From contig CAVYHV010000014.1 of the NCBI GenBank assembly GCA_963768425.1, forward strand, positions 32,001-96,000: a stretch of DNA of 64,000 bases, written 5' to 3'. Position numbers and translations under genes: made by a program. Position 1 is the first letter of the stretch. Each line of letters opens with the position of its first letter. Source of the DNA: Candidatus Bathyarchaeota archaeon (GTDB lineage: Archaea; Thermoproteota; Bathyarchaeia; Bathyarchaeales; Bathycorpusculaceae). A model generated the notes under the pieces. That model was not told the DNA's origin. It searched no databases and saw only the letters and a program-made list of their open reading frames with translations. Below, piece by piece: positions 53,604 through 64,000 of this stretch.

Positions 53604-53986
53604 TCACATCAATTAATCAGCAGGTCAAATAACTCACCGGTAACAGAAAGCTTTAGACTTACAAAACTGGTCTCATAAACTTCTCTTCACATTCAAAATC
53701 AAAATTCTAACACGAAAAAAGCTGATAAGTGCTTATTCAAATGTGCCAAACCCAATTTTGCTATTTCTATGATTGATTATTAATAAAAAAGCTCTCCTTT
53801 CTCCTCAAATAAGGAAGTTACCTCTAAGGCTTAAAAGGCATATTTCCGGATTGGGAGCATGTCAAAAAATCTATTTCCATTTTAGCCTTGGCTTAACCGT
53901 TAAGTGTTGAAGCACAAAGAATCAAAAGTTACCACAACAAAAGATGGTTGCTTATGTGGCTGAAATACCAATTGAGGAAGTTGAAG

Positions 53987-56968
53987 TTATTTATTGGGAA
54001 TGGTTAGGATGAATTTTGCTCCTCTGCCCGGTTTTCCCTCTTCAGTTATCGCCCAGCCGTACACATCCATCATCTTCTTAATGAAGAACAAGCCGAAGCC
54101 TGAGCTGGCCCCCGTGCTGAAACCTTCCTTAAAGAGCTTTGATTTGTTCTCAGTTGAGATGCCTACACCGTCATCCTCGTAAATCAGCCGCAACCCGTCA
54201 GAGGTTTCTTTCTCACAATAAACTTTTATGGTGGTGGCTTTTACGCCGTATTTTTTTGTGTTATCTACAAAATTGTAGAACATTTGCCTGAGAAATGAAT
54301 CGGCCAGCACGCTTATACCGTGGCAGTCGTTGACCACTTTGATGGTTAAGCCTGAGAAAAGAACCACAGCATCGTCCACAGCCTTACCCACGTCAACATT
54401 AGCTAACTCTTCAACGCCCAGTTGCTCATACATTTTGGCGAACTCAAAAATTTTAGCTGAATCAGCAACAACCTGCTCAATCTTACTCAAATCCTCAAGA
54501 ATGTCAGCTTGATCCCTATGCTTCTTCTTAAGCAAATACGTGTAACCATTTACGGCTGAAAGCTTGTTGCGAACGTCATGTCTAGACAAGTTTCCCACAA
54601 CACGCAACTTCTCGTTCATCAATTCGAGTTTATCACGGCTTTCTTTCAAATCCATTTCAGTTTTCTTGCGTTCTGTGATATCTATGAGCAGTCCTCTAAT
54701 CCCTATTACTTTGTTTTCAGAAATAATTGGATTCGTTCTAACGAGCGCAGGATAAGTAGTACCATTTTTTCTGACGAGTGTATATTCATTTGCACCGTGC
54801 TCTTCTCCAGCCATCGACTTTTCCATGTTTTCTATTGCCCTTTCTCTCTCTTGGGGCGAGACGAACGAGACTATGTTTGAGCCTTTTTCAACCTCTTCTG
54901 GTGTGACGCCCGTTAGCTCGAAAGCTCGAGTATTAAAGAAGGTAATCTTTCCAGTTAGATCCGTCTCAAAAACAATTACTGGCAAAAAGTTGGCAAGTTC
55001 CCGATACCTCTCCTCACTTTTTCTCATTGTCTCTTGTGTTTTCTTGAGTTCAGTGATATCAGTTACTATTCCCAGTATAGCTTTATCGCCGTTGAATTCT
55101 ATAAGAGCAGTGTTGATTATTGCGTTAAGTCTCTTGCCATTTCGTGTAATCAGTATGTATTCATAAGGAGGAACATTTTCGCCTTTCATGTGCTTGCCAT
55201 AAGCTAACTTTATTGTATCAGCGTATTCTGGCGGATTAAGAGAAAGAATATTAAAGTCAGGAGAACACAATTCCTCTCGGCTGTATCCAGTTATTTCTTC
55301 GCATTTCTTGTTGGCGTAGACCACTCTGTTACCATGATTTATGAAGATCATGTTGGGCGATTGCTCTGCGAGAGTCCGGAACTTTTCTTCATTTTCCATT
55401 AGTGACTGCTCAGCTTTTTTGCGTTCTGCAATGTTTCTGGCAATTGCCAAGATTGCTTGTTTTCCCTTATAATTTATGAGGCTGGAACTGATCTCAACTG
55501 GAATTTTCTTCCCATCTTTGGCAGTATGAACTGTCTCAAAAACCTGCGTACCAACAGAAACCACCCGACCCATGATAACTTTTACTTGCTCTGGGGCTAG
55601 ATAGTTATCAATCCCTTTAATCCCCAACAATTGCAACTCTTCCTTAGAATATTCTAACATTTCAACAGCGGCGTTGTTAACTTCTAAAAAGTTTCCGTCA
55701 AAATCAACAACCCAAGCAGATTCATCCATTCCATTGATTAAGTTCTTATAATTTTCCTCGCTTTCAATTAAGGCTTGTTCAGATTTCTTGCGTTCACTTA
55801 TGTCCTGAATAACACCATTTACCCTTATCGGAGTTTTATTTTGATCAAACACCAGTTCCGCCACAGAATGAATGAATCGTTCTTGACCGTTGTCGGGACG
55901 TCTAATTTTGAATTCCAAATCATACTTTTTATTACTTAGGATCAATTCTTGCAGAGCAAGATTCAAGTTGGGCCGATACTCAGGCAAAACAACTTGCTGC
56001 ACTAATGCTAAAGGCAAGAAATCGTTTGAACGTTCAATTCCATAGATTTTGAATGCTTCTTCAGATGCCCGCACTTTTTGGGTTTGCAAATCTAACTCCC
56101 AATTCCCCACGTGCGCAATTGCTTGAGCTTTTCGCAGCCTATCTTCGTTTTCCAGCAGCAACTTCTCCGTCTGCATTTGCTCAGTTATGTCTTTTCCAAA
56201 CACCGATATTCCGAATACTTTTTCTTCTTGTCTAATAACGTTGAAACTTAGCTGGAAGACACGCTTACACATGTTCACTTCGTACGTCGTTGAGTAAGGG
56301 CCATCGTTTAATGCCCGCTTATAGAACTCGCGCCATTCCTCAAATTCCGCTATAGAAAACAGATTCTCCGGACGCATACCAACCTTAACTACAAGCTCAT
56401 TCTCATTCAAAAAATATTCTTCAAAACTTCGATTAAAATCAAGAAGAGCAAAGTCATCGCAACTGACAGACCATATCATATCCGATGTACTGTCAACAAT
56501 TGAACGCATAGAACTCTGAGACTCAATCAACGCTAACTCAGCATTATGGCGCGCTACGGCGGCTTTTAGACCGTACGCTAATTCGCCATAAACTGTTTCA
56601 GGTGAACCTTGTTTGTTGAAGTATCCGCTAGCACCAAGGTTTAATGCTTTTATGGCTACTTCTTCCCTGCCCTTTCCAGTGAACAAAACGAAAGGAATAC
56701 TATTGTTCTGCTTTCGCAACTCCGTTAGGAATTGGAGACCATCTTTTTGGGGCATTTCATAATCAGAAATCACAGCATCATAGTGAATAATCGATAGTTT
56801 CTTAAAGGCTTCATCCACACAGCATGCGCTATCAAACTCAAAGCTCGCATCAATATCCATCATAATCTGTTTCGAGATTTCCAATATGTTCGGGTCATCG
56901 TCAACATGTAAAACTCGAATACGGCTATTTTTATTCGAAGAAACCAAATCAGATGCGTCTACAACCAT
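53987..56968 (-). CDS. hybrid REC-multiPAS sensor histidine kinase
   Basis: VLHVDDD...ISDYEMP..DG..FTGKG receiver, about five PAS/PAC repeats, RHDVRNKL H-box, YEDDGVGI, GFGLF. Confidence 0.93.
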   Translation of the reverse strand: MVVDASDLVSSNKNSRIRVLHVDDDPNILEISKQIMMDIDASFEFDSACCVDEAFKKLSIIHYDAVISDYEMPQKDGLQFLTELRKQNNSIPFVLFTGKGREEVAIKALNLGASGYFNKQGSPETVYGELAYGLKAAVARHNAELALIESQSSMRSIVDSTSDMIWSVSCDDFALLDFNRSFEEYFLNENELVVKVGMRPENLFSIAEFEEWREFYKRALNDGPYSTTYEVNMCKRVFQLSFNVIRQEEKVFGISVFGKDITEQMQTEKLLLENEDRLRKAQAIAHVGNWELDLQTQKVRASEEAFKIYGIERSNDFLPLALVQQVVLPEYRPNLNLALQELILSNKKYDLEFKIRRPDNGQERFIHSVAELVFDQNKTPIRVNGVIQDISERKKSEQALIESEENYKNLINGMDESAWVVDFDGNFLEVNNAAVEMLEYSKEELQLLGIKGIDNYLAPEQVKVIMGRVVSVGTQVFETVHTAKDGKKIPVEISSSLINYKGKQAILAIARNIAERKKAEQSLMENEEKFRTLAEQSPNMIFINHGNRVVYANKKCEEITGYSREELCSPDFNILSLNPPEYADTIKLAYGKHMKGENVPPYEYILITRNGKRLNAIINTALIEFNGDKAILGIVTDITELKKTQETMRKSEERYRELANFLPVIVFETDLTGKITFFNTRAFELTGVTPEEVEKGSNIVSFVSPQERERAIENMEKSMAGEEHGANEYTLVRKNGTTYPALVRTNPIISENKVIGIRGLLIDITERKKTEMDLKESRDKLELMNEKLRVVGNLSRHDVRNKLSAVNGYTYLLKKKHRDQADILEDLSKIEQVVADSAKIFEFAKMYEQLGVEELANVDVGKAVDDAVVLFSGLTIKVVNDCHGISVLADSFLRQMFYNFVDNTKKYGVKATTIKVYCEKETSDGLRLIYEDDGVGISTENKSKLFKEGFSTGASSGFGLFFIKKMMDVYGWAITEEGKPGRGAKFILTIPNK

Positions 56969-57518
56969 TCCATTCTGAGTGAGGATTTGAATTAGCCATG
57001 CCCCAAATTAAATGGCTGAGTTTATTATAAGTCAATTATGAATCACAATTATTGATTTCAAATTGCTTTCATTTGAAAAAAGCGGTCTTCTTGAAGTAAA
57101 AACGAATAACCCAACATCCAATCATTAGGCTCAAATTCGAGTTGCAAAGTCAAACTTGAACAAGGAGCTTCTGGCTTTTGGGTTAAGTCTCCGCCGACTC
57201 GCTTATGATAAGCAGAAAGTATTTCTGCGGCATTGCTTGGGATTTGCTTAATGGTTTAAGCCATCCCACCGGTAGCCAAACACTATAATAAGGTAATTAA
57301 GATAAAATAAAGTGAATAAGCAACCTGCAAAAACTTGAATGGCACTTGACATCCAAGGTGTCCTTATTGTGGCAACACTTGCCATGAAAAGATGACAATA
57401 TCGTTAAGTGTCTTGATTGAAGATAGGGGACGTACAACGCAGGTAAGAATAAGGCAAGTTCCAGATAATTACAAGAAAACGGGCAATTGTTTTCTTTGAG
57501 TTTGTTGGATAGAACGAT

Positions 57519-57719
57519 ATGGAAAACTTCGAAAGATTAAGCAGTAAAATTCTCGTCAGAACCTGCTCCTGTGGCATCATATTTGAAACGTATGATCCAG
57601 AAAAAGTGTACCATTCAAACAAGTGTAGGACAAGGTACGTCAGGAAAAGATGTGAAGCCAAGATAGCCCAAAGAATGAAACCAAAGCAAAAGAAGCTAAG
57701 AGAACAAAGTTTTACGTAG
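57519..57719 (+). CDS. small putative Zn-binding protein
   Basis: RTCSCG..F...YHSNKC motif. Confidence 0.5.
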   Translation: MENFERLSSKILVRTCSCGIIFETYDPEKVYHSNKCRTRYVRKRCEAKIAQRMKPKQKKLREQSFT

Positions 57720-58191
57720 CGCGGCGCGCGCGTTGAACCGCGAGCTTTCTCATCTTCGTTCTTCTGCCAAACATGTTCCTAACTTGCTCTTCTGTCATCG
57801 CAACCACGATGGTTGTCGGTTTACCTTCCCAACAACTGTCAACTTCCAGTAACTGGATTTCCGGCGTCAATTCACTAGCAATGATACTGAACTCCGATAC
57901 GCTAAGCTCGCCCATAAGAAAGGTCACTGGAAATTCCTCCGAAATGTCTTCGACGAACACCTTCTTCCCGGTCTCCTTGTTTCTAAACGAGTCCATCTCC
58001 ATTTCCTCATCCTTTCCTTGGAATTCCCAACTCTTGCTTGTCAGAAACTCGCGAACTCTGGAATCGGTCACCGCTATTTTGAACACGTTTTCTACTTTCA
58101 AACCAACGCCTCTCCCGATCTTTATTGTATACTTTCTCACCAAATAATATAGTATGTCGGTTGCATTACTGGTTGCGCGTGCTAAACACAA
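57712..58191 (-). CDS. hypothetical protein (start uncertain)
   Basis: Acidic globular-looking ORF. Confidence 0.5.
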   Translation of the reverse strand: MCLARATSNATDILYYLVRKYTIKIGRGVGLKVENVFKIAVTDSRVREFLTSKSWEFQGKDEEMEMDSFRNKETGKKVFVEDISEEFPVTFLMGELSVSEFSIIASELTPEIQLLEVDSCWEGKPTTIVVAMTEEQVRNMFGRRTKMRKLAVQRARRAT

Positions 58192-58235
58192 GGTTATTAA
58201 TCTAATTTGATTGGCTATATTCTAGGAGACTGACT

Positions 58236-58436
58236 TTGTTAAACAATAAGAAAAAAGCCAAGGAAGAAGCTGAGGTATCAGAAAATCAGTTAAAGATGCT
58301 TAAGGCTCCTGCGCTAGAAGTCTCTAAGCTTGAAGAGCCAATTGAAATGCCAAAGCTTGAAAAGCCAACGGAAAAGCTAAAGCTTGAAATGAAAGAAAAC
58401 GTCCCAATGAAGAAAAAGAATGAAGAAGTGATCTAA
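58236..58436 (+). CDS. small Lys/Glu-rich hypothetical protein
   Basis: GGAG SD before TTG; KLE repeats. Confidence 0.4.
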   Translation: MLNNKKKAKEEAEVSENQLKMLKAPALEVSKLEEPIEMPKLEKPTEKLKLEMKENVPMKKKNEEVI

Positions 58437-58677
58437 AGCTTCTTGATATGAAAAAGTGGGAAGAAGGAAAGAAGCATATTCGGACTCTTTTTTTGATAGC
58501 AAAGCATTTCAATGCTATTCATTGGAGTCCTTTTTAATATTTCAGGAAGATACTCTTTCCTTGTTGCACTTTCCTTCTAAACTTTATTTTGGCTTGAACA
58601 TAATTTAAGATTTGTGTATTTCAGTGCTGACACCACAAATAACAGGGCGCTAGCTAAATCATGCTTGGTGAAAACAT

Positions 58678-58917
58678 TCATTCAATACATAATTCTTCCA
58701 ATAGAGAAAAACCAGTCAAGTGAATTTGACTCTTGCATATGTTACAGCAAATAACTATTTCTTCCAAACCATGACTGTTGACCTTTGGCTCCAGAATGCA
58801 GTAGGTTTCTTCATTGGTCTCATCTGGAGATATAACATTTCCACATTTTGGACAGCAAAAGTCTCCGTTTCCGGCTATCTTAGTCAAATCCAGTTTGTAC
58901 GCTTGCTTTTGTTCCAT
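58678..58917 (-). CDS. small Zn-finger protein
   Basis: FCCPKCG...CCNICK; TATA TTTATAAA upstream. Confidence 0.7.
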   Translation of the reverse strand: MEQKQAYKLDLTKIAGNGDFCCPKCGNVISPDETNEETYCILEPKVNSHGLEEIVICCNICKSQIHLTGFSLLEELCIE

Positions 58918-59206
58918 TTCTCATCCCTCGTATATCGTTCAATGTTTTAATTTATAAAATTAAGCTGTTGCATGGTGAAACAACAATTGGAGCCTTTTTT
59001 CTTATGGGGAGAAAAACCCGAGATAGGCAAAAACGGAGAAACTGAAAGCTGGAAAAACAAGAAAATGGGAAAAGCAATACAAAAGACTTGCTCAGCAGCG
59101 TTTCCCACAGGATCCGCCATCCGATTCTGTTTTCACGTTTTTAGAAAATCCGTTGTCTTAGAAAATCTTAAATTGGTTTACATACGATTATGATGGCAGG
59201 AGAGGG

Positions 59207-60172
59207 GTGTTTAGGTTGAGCGCACTAGAAATCGTCGCTATTGTGTTGCCAATAATTGTTATCTTGATAGTTATTTACGCACTTTATTTGTCAGTGCGTA
59301 TTGTTAGACCGATAGACAAAGGTTTGGTGGAGCGTTTTGGCAAGTATCACCGTTTCGTCGAAGGCGGAATAACGTTTCTTTTCCCCTTTATGGATCGCAT
59401 AATAAAAGTCAACATAACAGAACGTATGACGCCTGTTCAGCGGCAGGATGTCATTACGAAAGATAAGGTTTTCATGGGTGTAGACGCCGTGGTTTTCTAC
59501 AGGATTAAGCAGGACGAAATCTCCGTGAAGGCTTCCCAATACAACGTTGCAAACTTCGCAGCGCAAATAGACACGCTTGCACGAACAGTGCTCAGAGACA
59601 TCATAGGGGGCATGGATATGGCGATAGCGAACACTTCGCGGCCAGTAATTAACACCAGCCTCAAGATGGCTCTAGATGAGCAGACGGAGAAATGGGGCAT
59701 TGAAATAGTGCGGGCAGAAATCAAAGATCTGGAACCGCCCAGAGAACTCATCATATCTATGGAGTCTGTTCTCAAAGCAGACAATGAAAGGCAAGCAGCG
59801 GAAAAAACCGCCATAGCCCAAGCAACGTTAGCCAGCGGAGAAAAAAACGCCGCGATTCAGGTTGCAGAGGGACAGAAGCAAGCGGCCATCCTTCAGTCTG
59901 AAGGCCAAAAAACGGCGACGGTTACAATAGCTGAGGGCGACGCGCAGGCAACCAAGCTGAGGAATGAAGCTTTGACAACGTACTTCAAGGACAGCGCCGT
60001 CGTCTACAAACAGCTGGACACTATTACGGCGTCGTTGCAGAACAATACAAAGATTATTGTTCCCGAAGGCAAAGCCATATCACTAATCCTCAATGAACAG
60101 GAAAACCTGGCGAAAGCAACAATCATTCCAGTTACACTGTCGCAACAACAGAAAAACCCAAAACAAATGTGA
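59207..60172 (+). CDS. SPFH/band 7 (stomatin/QmcA-like) protein
   Basis: N-terminal TM, GLVERFGKY, VITKDKV..VDAVVFY, WGIEIVRAEIK, AEGQKQAAIL coiled coil. Confidence 0.93.
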   Translation: MFRLSALEIVAIVLPIIVILIVIYALYLSVRIVRPIDKGLVERFGKYHRFVEGGITFLFPFMDRIIKVNITERMTPVQRQDVITKDKVFMGVDAVVFYRIKQDEISVKASQYNVANFAAQIDTLARTVLRDIIGGMDMAIANTSRPVINTSLKMALDEQTEKWGIEIVRAEIKDLEPPRELIISMESVLKADNERQAAEKTAIAQATLASGEKNAAIQVAEGQKQAAILQSEGQKTATVTIAEGDAQATKLRNEALTTYFKDSAVVYKQLDTITASLQNNTKIIVPEGKAISLILNEQENLAKATIIPVTLSQQQKNPKQM

Positions 60173-60379
60173 TGCAACGTTTTCCCTCGGAAACTTTGAG
60201 GAAACACTAATTCAAGTTTTTTAGAAAAATCCCGATTTTTTGTTCGCCTTGGGACTGATATAATAATCCGTTAATCTGTATAAGGTATCGAACAACATTT
60301 CTGCTTTAATCTTCTGCGTTTAGCTTAAAATTAAAAAAAATCAAAAAAAGGGAAATGGTTTTGTTTTTGGTTTTTCAGC

Positions 60380-63094
60380 TTATGGGTGTTTTCTTGTGAC
60401 GAGGAGTGCGAGAACTGCGCCGATTATGATGATGATGATGATGATTGCGACGAGTCCGTATTCAAGTGTTGCGTTTGATGCTAAGCCGGACATTGGTGTG
60501 GCTGTTGGTGCTACTGTTGATGGTGGTGAACCTGCGTAGAGGAACGTTGAGCTTGAAGATGGATAGTATCCGTGTGTGCCTGCGAACACTGCATAGATGG
60601 TGTAGTTTCCTGTGATGTCAGGTGTCCATGTTAAGCCCCAATCGCCTAAAGAGTTAGATGTTGTTGTGCCGATTGAGCGGTAGTTGTTGTTGCTGTCTAA
60701 GACATAGACTGAGATTGGTACTCCGGTTAGGTTGCTTGGTAATGGTTGCTGCTCGTAAGCTGCTTCCATCAATCCGGACATGCTTGGGTCAGATACGCAT
60801 GGTAGACCGTTCGGGAAGTTCTTTGCGACCACTGATTGTGAAGCGCCTGGGGAAACATCGGTTATGGTTCCTGTTATGGTTACTGGTGTTTTTGTTGTTA
60901 TGCCGCTTTGAGGTGCGCTGACTGTTATTTTCCTAGGTCCTTGTGAGTAAGCGTAGATTTGTCCGTCGTAGCTGTTGAATGTGGTCATGACTCCGTATGC
61001 TACTGCGGTTGCTGTGTCGTCAAAGCCAAGGTTGCTCCAGACTAATTGCCCATTGTTAGCGTTTAGTGCTAACTCTAAGGCTCCGTGCAACAATGGTGGG
61101 TTGTATTCGTGTCCCTCAGAGAGGTATAGTATCGTGTCTGCGCCCTGTCCAGCTAAGGCTTCGTCAGAGAAGACCCAGATTGGATAGATGCCGTATGGTG
61201 ATTCTGTGCCAGCGGGTCCGTTAACTTGGTATGTGCTCCATGTCCACATTATGTTTCCGTTGGTCATGTTGAGTGCCCATACGTCGCCTCCTAAGGCCCA
61301 AACGTATAGTACGCCAGTGGCTGTGTCAGGTACAGTTTCAAAGTCATATGAGTCGTATTGGTTCGGCATGAATCCGTCAGCCATCTTTACGTTGAGATTG
61401 GTTGTCCATACTGTTTGACCGGTTGTTAGCGAGTATGCTGCTGCTTGATATGAGTCTTGGTTGATTTCAACGTAGACTCCGGCTGCTGCTGATGGCGTGT
61501 TGCTGATTCTTGTGTATGATGGGTTGTATATTCCGCCTGTTCTGTTGGTTACCCACATGAGTGCGCCTGTTTGTGAATTCCATCCTGCTTCGACTACCCA
61601 GCCCTCATCTTCTGCAACTGAAGTTGTTCCTGTTTGGAACACTAAGGTATTTCCTGACCAGGCTGAAGTTGAGAAGAAGCCGTTGCCGAGGCCTTGTACT
61701 GCGACGCCGTTAAGCTTTGCATTTTCAGAGACAGCCCATTGTAAGCCCAAGTTCCAATTGAATACGGTTCCTAGTGGAACTGTCCAGTCGAATAGACCGC
61801 CTAGAGCAGAATCAGTGCCTGAGAATACTATAGCTTGTGTCAAGTTGTACATCTCTAGTACTGGTCCGTTTGCGATAGTGTCGAAGGTTTCAGGTGTATA
61901 TGAGACAACGCCAGCGGCATTCATCTTTGGCTGCTGAACGGTCAATGGTTCTGTAGTCGGCGCGAACGTTGGTGGTGCATAAGTAACGTTTGTTGCAACT
62001 GCATAGCCGATTATGTTTCCGTTAGCATCAGCGCCCATCAGAGCGAACGATGGAAGGTTTGTAACTTTAGCGACATATTGTCCTGTCAAGCCATCGTACA
62101 TGTACCAGGTAGTTGAAGGAGCGAAGAATCCGCCGCCGTCTGCAGCGAAGATATAGGGTCCGACGCAGCCGTATTGGTCAATGGTTGGGAAGTTGAGTAT
62201 CATTCCGCATCTCAATGTGAGTGTGGTGTTAATTACCCACAGGGTTTGTCCAGTGTATAGATTTAGTGCCATGATTCCTTGTGAACTGCCGGTTTGTGTT
62301 GTATACCAAGTGGAGTATTCTATGCCGTCCATGATGATTGGTGCGTATTTGGGATCGTACTGTGAGGTTGTCCAGTAGCTGCCTGCTTGTTCGGTGTTAC
62401 CGTATGATCCTCCTGCTACTCCGCCTACACACCATGGTTTTGTCCATAGAATGTGGGCTGAGGATGGCGCGACCGTGTATGGGTTAAAGTTGCCTGAAGC
62501 ATTGTATCCGCCAGTAGCGGCGAATGTGTTTGCTACATATCCCATCCATGGTCCTGATATGCCCGCCCAGAGTTGGACGTTTTCAGAGCTGACTGGTGCT
62601 TCCCAGTAGTTTGTTGGAAGCGGTGTATCTGCTAACCCGCCTCTCGGCGTTGATGTCACAACCAGAGTCGCTGGTTGACTTACGCTAGGTTCGTTGTAGT
62701 ATATTTGATTTGGAGGTGCGAATTGTTGTCCGCCGTATTTCAGTTGGAATGTGTAATTACCTACTGTGGTTGGAGTGTATGTAGTGTATGTGCCACCGGT
62801 TGTATCAGTCGTGAATGTTCCTAGTGATGTTTGTGTTCCACCTGGTGGGGTAACGTAAATGGTCATGTTCACAGCGTCTTGTTCTGCGAATAATGGTACG
62901 GCGAACCAGAAGTCAACTGTCACAACTTGTCCGACACCGCATGGGTTAGGTGCAACGTTGCAGAAGGCAATTGTTGGAACGTCGATACTGCCTGCTGCTT
63001 GTCCGTGTGCTGTCATTGCGAATGAACCTCCTATTACTGTAATCATAAGCATCGAAAGGATTATTGCTGCAATTCTATTTTTTGTGTTTTTCAT
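60380..63094 (-). CDS. large PQQ-like beta-propeller cell-surface protein
   Basis: Signal peptide, repeated ALNLYTGQTLW/ALNANNGQLVW blades, NSYDGQIYAY, C-terminal TM; probable start MKNTK at 63094. Confidence 0.85.
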   Translation of the reverse strand: MKNTKNRIAAIILSMLMITVIGGSFAMTAHGQAAGSIDVPTIAFCNVAPNPCGVGQVVTVDFWFAVPLFAEQDAVNMTIYVTPPGGTQTSLGTFTTDTTGGTYTTYTPTTVGNYTFQLKYGGQQFAPPNQIYYNEPSVSQPATLVVTSTPRGGLADTPLPTNYWEAPVSSENVQLWAGISGPWMGYVANTFAATGGYNASGNFNPYTVAPSSAHILWTKPWCVGGVAGGSYGNTEQAGSYWTTSQYDPKYAPIIMDGIEYSTWYTTQTGSSQGIMALNLYTGQTLWVINTTLTLRCGMILNFPTIDQYGCVGPYIFAADGGGFFAPSTTWYMYDGLTGQYVAKVTNLPSFALMGADANGNIIGYAVATNVTYAPPTFAPTTEPLTVQQPKMNAAGVVSYTPETFDTIANGPVLEMYNLTQAIVFSGTDSALGGLFDWTVPLGTVFNWNLGLQWAVSENAKLNGVAVQGLGNGFFSTSAWSGNTLVFQTGTTSVAEDEGWVVEAGWNSQTGALMWVTNRTGGIYNPSYTRISNTPSAAAGVYVEINQDSYQAAAYSLTTGQTVWTTNLNVKMADGFMPNQYDSYDFETVPDTATGVLYVWALGGDVWALNMTNGNIMWTWSTYQVNGPAGTESPYGIYPIWVFSDEALAGQGADTILYLSEGHEYNPPLLHGALELALNANNGQLVWSNLGFDDTATAVAYGVMTTFNSYDGQIYAYSQGPRKITVSAPQSGITTKTPVTITGTITDVSPGASQSVVAKNFPNGLPCVSDPSMSGLMEAAYEQQPLPSNLTGVPISVYVLDSNNNYRSIGTTTSNSLGDWGLTWTPDITGNYTIYAVFAGTHGYYPSSSSTFLYAGSPPSTVAPTATPMSGLASNATLEYGLVAIIIIIIIIGAVLALLVTRKHP

Positions 63095-63371
63095 TTTTTT
63101 TCTTCCTTTTAGTTTTTTTAGATTGAACATAAAGCATTAAAGCTAATGTCCAATCAGCTTCCTTGTGCTGCCACTAAGTATTTAAGACTTGTTCCAGTGC
63201 GCCGCCTGCATATTTGCACAAAAAAGCCAGCGATTTACCGATTTCTGCTTAGAAAATTCCCAGATTAGAATTTTCTCAAACTCAGGCCACAATACTTCTA
63301 TCTGACTGTGAGTTTCAGCTCAACCACAGTCAAAGTTTTCCAAAAATAAAACCATAAACTACAAGCTTTGC

Positions 63372-64000
63372 TTAAGCGGGTTGCTGTTGTGAAATGCAGT
63401 GAATTGCGCCGAAACCGCATATTAAGTCGATACAGTTTACTCCAACAACCTTTCTTTTTGGAAAAAATTTCTGAAGAATAGACATTGCAACCTTATCTTT
63501 TTCGCTTTCAAAAGTCGGGACCAAAACCGTTCGGTTGCCTATGTAAAAATTCGTGTAACTTGCAGGCAGCCGTTTTCCGTCGTAGGCGACATTTCCCGGC
63601 ATAGGCAACTTGATAACTCTGAGTTTCCGTCCATTTTGGTCGGTTGACTGACAAAGCAACTGGTAGTTTTTTCTTAGGGCTTCGCTGTTTTCGTCGTCAC
63701 CTTCATCATAGCCGCTTACAACTGTTGTTGGATTAACAAATCTTGCTAAGTCGTCAACGTGTCCGTCAGTGTCGTCTCCAGCGATTCCGTTTTTCAGCCA
63801 AATTATGTTGGTTACACCCAGGTAGTCCTTGAGGAACTTTTCGATTTCTTCCTTCTTAAGGCAAGCATTTCTATTCTTGTTGAGGAGACATTGTTCTGTG
63901 GTTAGTAGAGTTCCTTTTCCGTTAACATCGATAGAGCCTCCTTCCAAAACAATGCCTGGCTCAAAACAAGGCAACTGCATAACCTTGTTAATTTCATGCG
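63372..64000 (-). CDS. aguA: agmatine deiminase (3' part)
   Basis: LEGGSIDVNG.GTLLTTE.CLLN.NRN, DDTDGHVD, ASYTNFY, GAIHCISQQQP. Confidence 0.92.
   Translation of the reverse strand, partial: HEINKVMQLPCFEPGIVLEGGSIDVNGKGTLLTTEQCLLNKNRNACLKKEEIEKFLKDYLGVTNIIWLKNGIAGDDTDGHVDDLARFVNPTTVVSGYDEGDDENSEALRKNYQLLCQSTDQNGRKLRVIKLPMPGNVAYDGKRLPASYTNFYIGNRTVLVPTFESEKDKVAMSILQKFFPKRKVVGVNCIDLICGFGAIHCISQQQPA

Noticed and set aside
57320-57500. CPYCG-containing frame with in-frame TGA at 57347
   Set aside because: No clear start and no SECIS-like evidence; probably a gene relic or error

Overview
This 64-kb window is archaeal chromosomal DNA. Gene style (PQQ/beta-helix membrane-anchored surface proteins, REC-PAS kinases, small Zn-ribbon and AbrB-like genes) suggests Bathyarchaeia; that assignment is inference. 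The sequence looks like an error-prone long-read assembly, with frameshifts in katG, pdaD, two amt genes, an EamA gene, a GH-like gene and an Lrp-like gene, plus a probably artefactual duplication at 3.1-4.0 kb. Coding content: ABC-2 exporter, Lrp regulator, katG, DtxR-feoA-feoB, an IS110/IS1111 element, histidine kinases, Rieske ferredoxin, pdaD, two ammonium transporters, a PIN/AbrB toxin-antitoxin pair, a divergent thermosome, Ard1, LarA, TatA, flavodoxins, radical SAM, moaCBA, cdc6/orc1, tRNA-Arg(TCT) followed by an AT-rich accessory tract, SPFH, a large beta-propeller surface protein and a partial agmatine deiminase. The notable non-coding signals are: (1) an IS1111-type element whose 3' non-coding end folds into a two-loop bridge/seek RNA, with guide segments matching its own flanks and its predicted circle junction; (2) four intergenic arrays with a GTC/RTC core repeated at an exact 10-bp period, three of them clustered at 25.3-25.85 kb; (3) candidate operators (TACGAG-N2-CTCGTA at DtxR-feo, GTCAA-N6-TTGAC at two surface-protein genes, GACA-N2-TGTC at both amt genes).
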